Assembly (NCBI RefSeq): GCF_022352215.1
Contig: NZ_JAKRWF010000003.1
Span: forward strand, 165,854 to 229,853
DNA length: 64,000 bases
Reading direction: 5' to 3'
Source of the DNA: Flavihumibacter cheonanensis
GTDB lineage: Bacteria > Bacteroidota > Bacteroidia > Chitinophagales > Chitinophagaceae
Shown: piece by piece, positions 38,899 to 47,711 of the stretch
How positions within the stretch are numbered: the first letter of the stretch is position 1
Layout: each line of letters begins with the position of its first letter
The notes under the pieces: generated by a model
Databases searched by the model: none
What the model saw: the letters and a program-made list of their open reading frames with translations, nothing else
What the model was told of the DNA's origin: nothing
Made by a program: the position numbers and the translations under genes

Positions 38899-40278
38899 AT
38901 GGCAACCGTAACGAGGGAAAATATTGGCCAGTTGAACGACAAGATTACTGTGAAACTGTCAAAAGAAGACTACCTGCCCTCCTTCGAGAAAGCACTCAAA
39001 AATTATAGCAAGCAGGCAAATATCCCCGGATTCCGGAAAGGAATGGTTCCGGCCGGCCTGATTCGCAAAATGCACGGTCAGTCGGTATTTACTGATGAGG
39101 TATTGCGCACGGTAGAAAAGCAACTGAGTGATTTCATGGTAAATGAAAAGCTCGAAATTTTCGCTCAACCACTTCCCCTGCCGGAGAACGACAGTGCTAA
39201 CCTGGACCATATGTCTCCTTCAGAGTACTCCTTCGCGTTTGAAGTTGGCCTGAAGCCGGAAATCAGAGTTGCCGACCTCAAAGCTGCCAAATTGCCCTAT
39301 TACAAGATCACTGTTTCTGAAGAAATGCTGGACGAGGAAACCAATCGCCTGCAACTTCGGAATGGAAATATGACCGAGCCAGAACTGGTAGATAATGAAG
39401 AAAATGTGCTGAACCTGAGCTTCCAGGAACTGGACGAAAATGGCGCCGTGAAAGAAGATGGCGCCAAGAAAGATAACTCTGTCCTGGTTAAATATTTCGC
39501 ACCTGCCTTCCGTAGCCAGCTGATGGGTAAGAAAAAAGACGATGTTTTTCAACTGACCCTTAGTGAAGCATTCGAAGAGAAGGAAAGAGAATGGATCCTG
39601 AGTGACCTGGGCCTCTCCAAAGAAGATCCTGCTGCCAGTGGAAAAAAATTCCAGGCTACCATTACCAAAGTAGGGCTGGTTGAAAAAGCTCCTTTGGATG
39701 AGAATCTTTTCAAAGCCATTTTCCCGGGAAAAGAAATTGCTGATGAAGCCGGTTTCCGCGCAGCACTGAAAGAAGATATTGAATTACAACTGGATAATCA
39801 GAGCCGAAACCAATTGTACGATAGCATCTACCATTACCTGATTGACCAGACCCAGATCGAGTTTCCGGAATCCTTCCTGAAGCGTTGGATGCAGCAGGGT
39901 GGGGAGCAGCCCAAAACGGCAGAACAGGCGGAAAAAGAATATCCTTCTTTCGCTAACTCCCTGAAATGGACCCTGATTGTAGATCAGCTGGTAAAAGACA
40001 ATCAAATCGAAGTAAACCAGGACGATCTGCGTGGTTTTGCCAAAGCACAACTGTTTTCCTATATGGGTAACATGAATATGGGACAACTTGACATTGAGCA
40101 ACCCTGGGTGAATGATTATGTAGAACGAATGATGAAAGATCGCAAATTCGTGGAAGACAGCTATCACCGCATCCAGACCGACAAAATTTTCAATGTGGCA
40201 GAAAACCTGGTGACAAGAGATGAAAAGCCGATCAGCCTGGAAGATTTCCAGAAAATGCAGGCGGAGCATCACCACTAG
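38899..40278 (+). CDS. tig: Trigger factor
   Basis: The start is taken at the internal MATVTRENIGQLNDKITVKL of ORF 38821. It has the ribosome-binding motif GFRKGMVP, and tig-clpP-clpX synteny is conserved. Confidence 0.9.
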   Translation: MATVTRENIGQLNDKITVKLSKEDYLPSFEKALKNYSKQANIPGFRKGMVPAGLIRKMHGQSVFTDEVLRTVEKQLSDFMVNEKLEIFAQPLPLPENDSANLDHMSPSEYSFAFEVGLKPEIRVADLKAAKLPYYKITVSEEMLDEETNRLQLRNGNMTEPELVDNEENVLNLSFQELDENGAVKEDGAKKDNSVLVKYFAPAFRSQLMGKKKDDVFQLTLSEAFEEKEREWILSDLGLSKEDPAASGKKFQATITKVGLVEKAPLDENLFKAIFPGKEIADEAGFRAALKEDIELQLDNQSRNQLYDSIYHYLIDQTQIEFPESFLKRWMQQGGEQPKTAEQAEKEYPSFANSLKWTLIVDQLVKDNQIEVNQDDLRGFAKAQLFSYMGNMNMGQLDIEQPWVNDYVERMMKDRKFVEDSYHRIQTDKIFNVAENLVTRDEKPISLEDFQKMQAEHHH

Positions 40279-40282
40279 GAGG

Positions 40283-40360
40283 TGAGACGTGAGATGTGAG
40301 ACGTGAAAAGTGAAAGGTGAAAGAAGGGTGAAAAGTGAGACGTGAAATGTGAGAAGGGTG
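40283..40360. repeat. Degenerate heptamer array of the GTGARAN family (GTGAGAC, GTGAGAT, GTGAAAA, GTGAAAG and others, about 11 units), related to the perfect array at 28118
   Basis: The plus strand is purine-rich with 7-nt periodicity and lies in the intergenic region after tig. Confidence 0.85.
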
Positions 40361-40383
40361 TATGGAGGATAAATGTCCTGAGA

Positions 40384-40413
40384 ATATAATAGACCGTGTG
40401 GTTGCCCCACACG
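40384..40413 (+). terminator. Rho-independent terminator for tig
   Basis: The stem is CCGTGTGG/CCACACGG with loop TTGC followed by a T-run. Confidence 0.65.
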
Positions 40414-40439
40414 GTTTTTCTTTTCCCAGCCAGAGCGGT

Positions 40440-40500
40440 ATTTGGGGTTTCCCTTCTTCCATTCCTCCATCTTCCATTCCCCCCTCTTCCCTACCCCCTC
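40440..40500. repeat. Pyrimidine-only tract. On the minus strand it is a GGA-rich purine repeat that shares GGAATGGAAGATGGA with the locus at 62469.
   Basis: It is about 60 nt of almost pure C/T on the plus strand. An exact 15-mer is shared with 62473-62490 in the opposite orientation. Confidence 0.8.
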
Positions 40501-40609
40501 TTCCATACCTTTTTGTCAGCCCGACTGCCGTTTTTTGCAATGATTTTCAATTGGAAAGGTATTTGCACCAGTCCATTGCCTTATTTTTATCAAAACAACG
40601 AGGATTATT

Positions 40610-41296
40610 ATGAAGTCTGAATTTGAAAAATATGCGGTCAAGCACCGGGGCATCTCGAGTCTGACCCTGCACGATTACCAGAAATATCAGGTAACCAACC
40701 TGACACCGAATATTATTGAAGAGCGTCCGATGAACATTGCGGTGATGGATGTGTACAGCCGTTTGATGATGGACCGCATCATTTTCCTGGGATACCCCAT
40801 TAATGATGAAGTGGCCAATATTGTGACAGCGCAGCTTCTTTTCCTGGAGAGCACTGATCGCACCCGGGATGTGCAGATGTATATTAACTGTCCGGGTGGC
40901 AGTGTGTACGCCGGATTGGGCATGTACGACACGATGCAGTTCATCACACCCGATATTGCGACCATTTGTACAGGAATGGCAGCATCCATGGGTGCTGTGC
41001 TAATGTGTGCAGGTACGAAGGGCAAAAGAACAGCGCTGAAGCATAGCCGTATTATGATGCACCAACCGTCCGGGGCAATTGGCGGGCAGGCATCTGACAT
41101 CGAGATTACAGTAAATGAGATCCGTAAGCTTAAAAAGGAATTATACGAAATCATCTCACATCATACCGGCAAAGGCGTAAAGCAGGTGGAAAAAGACTGT
41201 GATCGCGATTACTGGCTGACTGCGATGGAATCGAAAGAGTACGGACTGGTGGATGAAGTATTACTGGTAAATCCCAGAAAGGAAAATAAAGACTAA
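40610..41296 (+). CDS. clpP: ATP-dependent Clp protease proteolytic subunit (ClpP paralogue 1)
   Basis: The catalytic triad context is present: GMAASMGA (Ser), IMMHQPSG (His) and DRDYW (Asp). The canonical N-terminal axial region is present. Confidence 0.9.
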   Translation: MKSEFEKYAVKHRGISSLTLHDYQKYQVTNLTPNIIEERPMNIAVMDVYSRLMMDRIIFLGYPINDEVANIVTAQLLFLESTDRTRDVQMYINCPGGSVYAGLGMYDTMQFITPDIATICTGMAASMGAVLMCAGTKGKRTALKHSRIMMHQPSGAIGGQASDIEITVNEIRKLKKELYEIISHHTGKGVKQVEKDCDRDYWLTAMESKEYGLVDEVLLVNPRKENKD

Positions 41297-41314
41297 TCTT
41301 AAACTATTGATGCT

Positions 41315-41941
41315 ATGAATAGGACTAATTATTTCTCCTACCGGATGGACGAGGAGGAAGAAGAAAAACAGCGGGAAGACAAACGCGATGAGCTGATGAT
41401 GCTTAATAAGCGACTTGAAAAATACTTTTTCGATGAGCGGGCCGTTTATTTATGGGGACCGGTGGATGATAAATCTGCCAAAGAAGTGGTAACCAAAATA
41501 CTACTCCTGGATGCCGATAAAAAAGAAGAGATCAAGTTCTTTATTAATAGTCCGGGTGGTGTAGTAACCAGTGGTATGGTTATTTACGATACCATGAAGA
41601 TGGTTAAAAGTCCGATCAGCACCATTTGTATGGGATTGGCAGCCTCCATGGGTTCCATCCTGCTGAGTGGTGGCGAAAAGGGCAGAAGGTTCATTTACCC
41701 TCATGGTGAAGTGATGATCCACCAGCCCAGTCTGGGTGGTTACATGCAGGGAGTGAGTGCGGATCTGGAAATCCAGGCCAAACAGACCAAGAGAGTAAAG
41801 GAAATGGGAGCTAAGATACTGGCGGAGAATTGTGGCAAAACGGTTGCCCAGATCATGAAGGATTTTGACCGCGATTACTGGATGGATGCCAAAGAAGCGA
41901 TTGATTATGGCATCGTAGATGGCATCATGGAAAAACTCTAA
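41315..41941 (+). CDS. Second ClpP-family subunit (ClpP paralogue 2) with a divergent, acidic N-terminus
   Basis: It has GLAASMGS (Ser), VMIHQPS (His) and DRDYWM (Asp). The N-terminal 45 aa ([15 protein letters not shown]) are unlike canonical ClpP. Confidence 0.8.
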   Translation: MNRTNYFSYRMDEEEEEKQREDKRDELMMLNKRLEKYFFDERAVYLWGPVDDKSAKEVVTKILLLDADKKEEIKFFINSPGGVVTSGMVIYDTMKMVKSPISTICMGLAASMGSILLSGGEKGRRFIYPHGEVMIHQPSLGGYMQGVSADLEIQAKQTKRVKEMGAKILAENCGKTVAQIMKDFDRDYWMDAKEAIDYGIVDGIMEKL

Positions 41942-41979
41942 GGAAAGGTTACCTTTGCGGGAAGCAAGCAACAGAGCGT

Positions 41980-43212
41980 ATGGCAAAAAATACATTACAT
42001 TGTTCATTTTGTGGCCGCAGTCGGGATGAAGTAAAAATCCTGATTGCTGGGCAGGATGGGCATATCTGCGAGAACTGCGTGGAACACGCCAGGGAAATTA
42101 TCGAACAGGAATTATTAACCCGTACCGATGGCGCAGGATCCGGATTCAAGTTAACGGTTAAGAAGCCGATCGAAATCAAGCGGTTTCTGGATGAATATAT
42201 AATCGGACAGGACGAGGCTAAAAAAGTACTTGCAGTAGCTGTTTATAATCACTACAAAAGACTCCAGCAGAAACCCACCGAAAATGAGGTGGATATTGAA
42301 AAGAGCAATATTGTAATGGTTGGTGAAACGGGAACGGGTAAAACCCTGCTTGCTAAAACCATCGCCAAATTATTGAACGTTCCATTTGCTATTGTTGATG
42401 CAACTGTATTTACAGAAGCAGGTTATGTGGGTGAAGATGTTGAAAGCATCCTGACCCGCTTATTGCAGGTATGTAATTATGATGTAACGGCAGCGGAAAG
42501 AGGGATTGTATATATTGACGAGATCGATAAGGTTGCAAGAAAAGGGGATAATCCTTCCATCACACGCGATGTAAGTGGTGAGGGTGTTCAGCAGGGATTG
42601 TTGAAGCTGCTGGAAGGAACCGATGTATTGGTTCCACCACAAGGTGGCCGTAAACATCCGGAACAGAAACTGATTAAGATCAATACGCAAAACATTCTCT
42701 TCATCTGCGGCGGTGCATTTGATGGCGTAGACAAGCTGATTGCCCGTAGGGTAAACACGAACGCTATTGGTTTCAATGTCAACAAAGACCAACAGGAAAC
42801 TGCCCGTAAGAACCTGTTGCAATTTGTAAACGCGCAGGATCTGAAACATTTTGGATTGATCCCTGAATTACTGGGACGTTTACCCGTTGTAACTTTCCTG
42901 AATCCGCTGGATGCAGAAACCTTACGCAGCATTTTAACCGAACCGAAAAATTCGTTGATCAAGCAGTACAAAAAACTGTTTGAAATTGAAGGAATAGAAC
43001 TTACCATCGATAATGACGTACTGGATTTCATGGTAGCCAAAGCGATGGAGTACAAACTTGGCGCCAGAGGATTGCGTTCCATCTGTGAAAGCATTCTAAC
43101 CGATGCGATGTTTGAACTACCCTCCAGCAAGGAAACCAAATTCCACCTCAACCTGGAATATGCGGAGAATAAATTTGATAAGAGTAAAATGAGCCTGCTG
43201 AAAGTGGCGTAA
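41980..43212 (+). CDS. clpX: ATP-dependent Clp protease ATP-binding subunit ClpX
   Basis: It has the C4 zinc finger (CSFCGR...CENC), Walker A GETGTGKT and Walker B YIDEIDK. Confidence 0.95.
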   Translation: MAKNTLHCSFCGRSRDEVKILIAGQDGHICENCVEHAREIIEQELLTRTDGAGSGFKLTVKKPIEIKRFLDEYIIGQDEAKKVLAVAVYNHYKRLQQKPTENEVDIEKSNIVMVGETGTGKTLLAKTIAKLLNVPFAIVDATVFTEAGYVGEDVESILTRLLQVCNYDVTAAERGIVYIDEIDKVARKGDNPSITRDVSGEGVQQGLLKLLEGTDVLVPPQGGRKHPEQKLIKINTQNILFICGGAFDGVDKLIARRVNTNAIGFNVNKDQQETARKNLLQFVNAQDLKHFGLIPELLGRLPVVTFLNPLDAETLRSILTEPKNSLIKQYKKLFEIEGIELTIDNDVLDFMVAKAMEYKLGARGLRSICESILTDAMFELPSSKETKFHLNLEYAENKFDKSKMSLLKVA

Positions 43213-43222
43213 CGAATTCACC

Positions 43223-43402
43223 ATGAAAGAACTGATAGATAAATTAATGGCGGAAGGGTTAACGGAAGACCAGGCTTACAAGGCGGTAGAGATCGTAAAG
43301 AATTTTGCAAAAGACAAGTTTCCGATTTTCGGAGGAGCCATCGATCGTTTATTCGATAAGTATGGTCCAAAGGAAAAACCGGAAGACGATTTTCTCGATT
43401 AA
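43223..43402 (+). CDS. Small hypothetical protein (59 aa, below the ORF-track length cut-off) immediately after clpX
   Basis: I found this ORF MKELIDKLMAEGLTEDQAYKAVEIVKNFAKDKFPIFGGAIDRLFDKYGPKEKPEDDFLD by hand. It is followed by a terminator hairpin. Confidence 0.35.
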   Translation: MKELIDKLMAEGLTEDQAYKAVEIVKNFAKDKFPIFGGAIDRLFDKYGPKEKPEDDFLD

Positions 43403-43427
43403 AAGTTCAGTGAGTTCAACTAATACA

Positions 43428-43458
43428 GGGTGCAGCATTCAGCTTGCACCCTTTTTTT
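43428..43458 (+). terminator. Rho-independent terminator after clpX and the small ORF
   Basis: The stem is GGGTGCAGC...GCTTGCACCC followed by T7. Confidence 0.6.
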
Positions 43459-43472
43459 ATGTAGGATTTCAT

Positions 43473-43554
43473 TTCCAATATGTCAATTATTTGTTACAAT
43501 ATGTAAAATATTATTTACATTGAGTAAAATATTCTTTACATTAGATCAAATTAG
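43473..43554. promoter_or_regulatory. Four tandem operator-like repeats at 21-bp periodicity (TTACAATATGTAAAATATT, TTACATTGAGTAAAATATT, TTACATTAGATCAAATTAG and a degenerate upstream copy). Each contains a TTACA-N3-TGTAA palindrome.
   Basis: I aligned these repeats by eye. They lie immediately upstream of the membrane-protein and HTH gene pair. Confidence 0.5.
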
Positions 43555-43559
43555 TTATT

Positions 43560-44036
43560 ATGAAACAGCAACCCTTACTTCCCTATCGATTTAAAAAGAT
43601 TGGCTGGCTGCTCTTTATACCTTTTGCCTTTGCGGGCATTTACCTGCATATCACGGATTATGAACCAAATTGGATCACCACCAAAGTTTTTGCCATTTAT
43701 AACGATAGTTTGCTTTCAGATAAGAAATGGTTTTCCATTGTTGAAACGAATATCACCAGCACTTTAATCGGGATCGGATTTTTAATGGGCTGTTTATTAA
43801 TTGCATTTTCCCGAGAGAAAGTCGAAGATGAGTTTATAGCAGGATTAAGGCTGTCTTCGCTGCAATGGGCGGTACTGGTCAATTATTCGTTGCTGCTTTT
43901 CTGTTTTTTATTCATTTACGGATTTGCATTCCTGAATGTGCTCATCTACAATGTATTCACCGTCTTGCTTATTTTTATTGGTCGCTTTAATTACCTCCTG
44001 TTCAAATCCAGAAAAATGAATGCAGATGAAAAATAA
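43560..44036 (+). CDS. Small multi-pass membrane protein (DUF2975-like), partner of the downstream XRE HTH
   Basis: It has four predicted TM helices. It overlaps the start of a short HTH gene, a recurrent membrane-protein plus YozG-like-HTH pairing. Confidence 0.5.
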   Translation: MKQQPLLPYRFKKIGWLLFIPFAFAGIYLHITDYEPNWITTKVFAIYNDSLLSDKKWFSIVETNITSTLIGIGFLMGCLLIAFSREKVEDEFIAGLRLSSLQWAVLVNYSLLLFCFLFIYGFAFLNVLIYNVFTVLLIFIGRFNYLLFKSRKMNADEK

Positions 44037-44229
44037 CCTGAAAGTTGAACGCGCCATTCATGGATTAACGCAGGAGGACCTTGCCAAAAAAATAGGTGTA
44101 AGCCGGCAAACCATCAATGCCATGGAAGCCAATAAGTATGTCCCGTCTACCGTGCTTGCATTAAGACTTGCAAGAGTATTTGGTAAGCAGGTGGAAGATC
44201 TTTTCCAGTTGGACGAAAGCGACGAGTGA
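44020..44229 (+). CDS. Short XRE-family HTH transcriptional regulator (YozG-like; the start may be Met3 at 44026)
   Basis: LTQEDLAKKIGVSRQTINAMEANKYVPSTVLALRLARVF is a canonical HTH_XRE. Confidence 0.8.
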   Translation: MQMKNNLKVERAIHGLTQEDLAKKIGVSRQTINAMEANKYVPSTVLALRLARVFGKQVEDLFQLDESDE

Positions 44230-44262
44230 TTCTCACGTCTGACGTTTCACTTCTCACCACCT
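44230..44262. repeat. Four GTGARAC-family heptamers in reverse orientation (the reverse complement reads GTGAGAA GTGAAAC GTCAGAC GTGAGAA), between convergent genes
   Basis: This is the same heptamer family as the arrays at 28118 and 40283. Confidence 0.7.
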
Positions 44263-45395
44263 ATCGCTTCTCTCGCAATCACAATCTTCTGAATCTCCGA
44301 AGTACCCTCCCCTATTGTACACAATTTGCTGTCGCGATAAAATTTCTCAACCGGAAAATCCTTCGTATATCCGTATCCACCGAAAATTTGTACCGCATCG
44401 GTTGCCACACGTACAGCTACTTCACTGGCATAATACTTCGCCATTGCAGCTTCTTTGGTTACTTTCTGGCCGCGGTTCTTGAGATCGGCAGCCTGGTTGG
44501 TCAGTAATTCAGCAGCAGCTATTTCAGTGGCCATATCAGCCAGCTTGAAAGAAATGCCCTGGAAATTGGAAATGGGCTGATCAAACTGGTGGCGTTCCTT
44601 AGAATATGCAACAGCCGCATCAAAAGCACCTTTTGCAATACCAAGGGACAGGGCCGCAATGGAAATCCGTCCACCATCCAACACTTTCATCGCCTGTTTG
44701 AACCCGTCGCCTACTTCACCAAGCCGGTTAGCATCAGGAATACGACAGTTATCAAATATCATTTCCGCAGTTTCACTCGCACGCATACCCAGTTTATTCT
44801 CTTTTTTGCCGCCGGTAAATCCAGAGGTACCACGCTCCACAATGAAAGCAGTTGCGTTGTTACGAGTCCGGGGCTCCCCGGTTCTAGCCACAACTACGGC
44901 AACATCACCGGATATCCCATGAGTGATCCAGTTTTTGGTTCCATTCAGTACCCACTCATCTCCCTCCTTCACTGCTGTGGTACGCATATTGCCAGCATCA
45001 CTACCAGTATTTGCTTCTGTTAACCCCCAGGCTCCAATCCATTCGGCGGTTGCCAGTTTGGGAAGGAAGCGCTGCTTCTGTTCTTCGTTCCCGAAGGTTA
45101 AAATATGCCCCGTACAAAGTGAGTTATGAGCAGCCAAACTTAAACCCACAGAACCGCAAACCCGGGCGATTTCCGAAATAATTGCCACATACTCAAAATA
45201 ACTAAGCCCGGCTCCCCCATACTGCTCAGGTACCAGTACACCCATGAGGCCCAATTGCCCCATGTCCTTAAATACCTGGAGTGGAAACTCCTGCGACTCA
45301 TCCCATTTCATCACATTGGGTAATATATGCTGGCGGGCAAATTCCCGGGCCGTTTGCGCAACCTGTTCAGTTAATTCCTGGCGTTCAAAATTCAT
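44247..45395 (-). CDS. Acyl-CoA dehydrogenase
   Basis: It is 382 aa with ACAD N-terminal, middle and C-terminal domain motifs, including GGYGY..DFP. Confidence 0.9.
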   Translation of the reverse strand: MNFERQELTEQVAQTAREFARQHILPNVMKWDESQEFPLQVFKDMGQLGLMGVLVPEQYGGAGLSYFEYVAIISEIARVCGSVGLSLAAHNSLCTGHILTFGNEEQKQRFLPKLATAEWIGAWGLTEANTGSDAGNMRTTAVKEGDEWVLNGTKNWITHGISGDVAVVVARTGEPRTRNNATAFIVERGTSGFTGGKKENKLGMRASETAEMIFDNCRIPDANRLGEVGDGFKQAMKVLDGGRISIAALSLGIAKGAFDAAVAYSKERHQFDQPISNFQGISFKLADMATEIAAAELLTNQAADLKNRGQKVTKEAAMAKYYASEVAVRVATDAVQIFGGYGYTKDFPVEKFYRDSKLCTIGEGTSEIQKIVIAREAIGGEK

Positions 45396-45470
45396 AGAGA
45401 ATCAGCTTGTTGTTCTTAGTTCATGAATAACGCAAACTAAGTCTATTTCTGCTAAACTAACAAGTGTTAG

Positions 45471-46526
45471 TTATTTAAATTCACAATATGGTCCTAATTT
45501 CTTCAACAAGTTAGTATCGACCAGGTGAATTTTGCCCAGATCGCTCATTTCCCGAAAGGCCCCGTTGCTATTTCTGTACTGAACAATTGCCTGCGCCAGT
45601 TTCCACCGGATATACGGATGCCGGGCCATTTCCTCCATGGTTGCAGCATTGGGATTCAGTTTTCGAACGGCAACACCATCCAGCTCCAGTTGTGGCAACA
45701 GTTGCTGGAAGACCGAATCAGCCAATCCATACACTTCTTTAATCTGTTCGACCCTGACAAAACCTCCCAAAGCATTTCTATAACTCAGGATCCGACCCGA
45801 TAATTTTGGACCAATCCCCGGCAGGGCCAGCCAGTCGAGACTGTCTGCCTGGTTAATGCGAATCATCTTTGATTTGAAGCCGCCAAGTTTCCTGTTTCCG
45901 TACTCAGTAGAATTAAAACGGCTGTCAACTTTATCCAATACCCGTTGAGATGAAGGATCCTGGTTACCACCTCCAAATGAATTGGTGACAGGTATTGCCA
46001 CGCCAGTTCCAGATTCCAGCCTCACCATTGGTATCAACCGGTCAGCCAACTGTTTCGGCATTCCATAAATCCGATATAAATCTTCTCCCGATCGAAACTT
46101 CCCTCCTTTCTCCCGGTATTTAAGAATGGTTCCAACAGTTTTAGGAGGCACGCCCAACTTTTGCCAATCCAACTCAGTAGCAAGATTCGGATTAAAAGGA
46201 AATAACGCTCCGGAAAATGGCCGACCCTTTTCAAACGATCGCTCATAGGCAGAGGAAGCAATTCCTTCCTGGGTTGAAAATTCCTTACGATCAAACAAAC
46301 TACCTCGCTGCCGTAAAAGATTTACAGTATCAGCTCCCGACTTTTCCAACAAACGGGCAATCAGACTATCAGGTACCGCTACCGGAGCCGGAGGAGCTGC
46401 AGGCCAATAATAGGGTACCACTTTAATAGCCAGCATAACAGCCAGCAAAATCAGTATTCCGATCCGTTCATTTTTGGAAAAATGAAGATATTCCATGACC
46501 CACGTTTTCCATCCCTTCTTTTTCAT
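45471..46526 (-). CDS. Helix-hairpin-helix repeat protein (ComEA-like DNA-binding domains) with an N-terminal TM anchor
   Basis: There are three HhH-type repeats, including LPGIGPKLSGRILSYR. Confidence 0.65.
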   Translation of the reverse strand: MKKKGWKTWVMEYLHFSKNERIGILILLAVMLAIKVVPYYWPAAPPAPVAVPDSLIARLLEKSGADTVNLLRQRGSLFDRKEFSTQEGIASSAYERSFEKGRPFSGALFPFNPNLATELDWQKLGVPPKTVGTILKYREKGGKFRSGEDLYRIYGMPKQLADRLIPMVRLESGTGVAIPVTNSFGGGNQDPSSQRVLDKVDSRFNSTEYGNRKLGGFKSKMIRINQADSLDWLALPGIGPKLSGRILSYRNALGGFVRVEQIKEVYGLADSVFQQLLPQLELDGVAVRKLNPNAATMEEMARHPYIRWKLAQAIVQYRNSNGAFREMSDLGKIHLVDTNLLKKLGPYCEFK

Positions 46527-46576
46527 ACCACAACCTACTACTTATAACAAGCCGGTGCAAGCGTGAAAAAACGGTT

Positions 46577-47293
46577 TTATACCTGTATACTTAACCCATC
46601 ATAGGCGAGTTGGATTCCAGCAGGCAAACTGGCATTGATTAGTTCGTGCAGTCCCAACTGGTGACTGATATGTGTAAAATAAGCATTTGGAACTTTCAAC
46701 TCCTGCACTACCGCCACAGCCTCAGATAAAGTGAAGTGAGAAATGTGTTTTTCATGGCGCAGCGCATTCAGAACGAGGTGACTGCTACCCCGGATCTTGT
46801 CCATCTCATCCGGATCAATCCGGTTGGCATCTGTGATATAGGTGAAATTGCCAAACCGGAAACCGAGTACCGGCATCCGCATATGCCAAACGAGGATAGG
46901 CGTAACCGTTATATCTCCCACAGTGAATGAATCCATATCAATCTGGTTGATCTGAATCTCAGGCACCCCCGGATACCGTGTCTCCGCAAATGCATAAGGA
47001 AACTCCCGGATGATATTCATCTGGGTCATTTCATTCGCATAGATCTGCATGGGTTGCTGTGAAAAATAATTGTATGCCCTAACATCATCAAGTCCGGCTA
47101 TATGATCCTTATGCGGATGTGTGAAAACAATAGCATCCAGCTTCCTGACCCTTGCCCTTAACATCTGGTATCGGAAATCCGGCGTAGAATCTACTACCAG
47201 CGTAGTTGCGGCCGATTGTACAAGGATACTCGACCGCAGTCGGTTATCCCTGGGATCAACTGACCGGCACACCTCGCAATCGCAGGCGATCAT
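46577..47293 (-). CDS. MBL-fold metallo-hydrolase
   Basis: It carries the HPHKDH-like His motif (THPHKDHIAGLDD). Confidence 0.8.
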   Translation of the reverse strand: MIACDCEVCRSVDPRDNRLRSSILVQSAATTLVVDSTPDFRYQMLRARVRKLDAIVFTHPHKDHIAGLDDVRAYNYFSQQPMQIYANEMTQMNIIREFPYAFAETRYPGVPEIQINQIDMDSFTVGDITVTPILVWHMRMPVLGFRFGNFTYITDANRIDPDEMDKIRGSSHLVLNALRHEKHISHFTLSEAVAVVQELKVPNAYFTHISHQLGLHELINASLPAGIQLAYDGLSIQV

Positions 47294-47359
47294 CGGGACC
47301 CCACTACTGGTACCGGTTCCTAAAAATGTTATGGTTAGGGGAGTGGACAGGGGAAATTC

Positions 47360-47683
47360 TTATGCTTGATTGGAATCAGTGGCTGCATCATCGGAAGCAG
47401 CCAGGCGGTGACGTTCAATAATATCTAAATAAGTCTTTTTGGCTTCCGGACTCAATTCCTCCGGATTCACCTGCAATTGTGGAACAAGATCCATCATGGT
47501 ATTGATCTTTCCTTCCAATTGCAGGAATTTATTCAGGACCACCACCTTCTTCTGTTCAAGGATACAATAGCCGCTCTGGAAGGTACCGCGTTCCATACGA
47601 ACGATATACCCGGCTTCTTCCAGCACCTGTTCAATCTTGTTTAATGTAGCCTGTGTGTACTTCATATGCCTGTCAAAATACAA
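47360..47683 (-). CDS. Hypothetical protein
   Basis: This 107-aa ORF has no recognisable motif. Confidence 0.35.
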   Translation of the reverse strand: MYFDRHMKYTQATLNKIEQVLEEAGYIVRMERGTFQSGYCILEQKKVVVLNKFLQLEGKINTMMDLVPQLQVNPEELSPEAKKTYLDIIERHRLAASDDAATDSNQA

Positions 47684-47711
47684 AAATACCGAAAGCCGCT
47701 GGCCGGGCCCC

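Noticed and set aside
40232-40620. Several overlapping ORFs of 74-102 aa across the heptamer and GGA repeat island (SRLTFHPSFTFH, PPSSIPPSSLPP and similar)
   Set aside because: These are low-complexity translations of simple repeats in an intergenic region that contains the tig terminator. They have no start context or coding-like composition.
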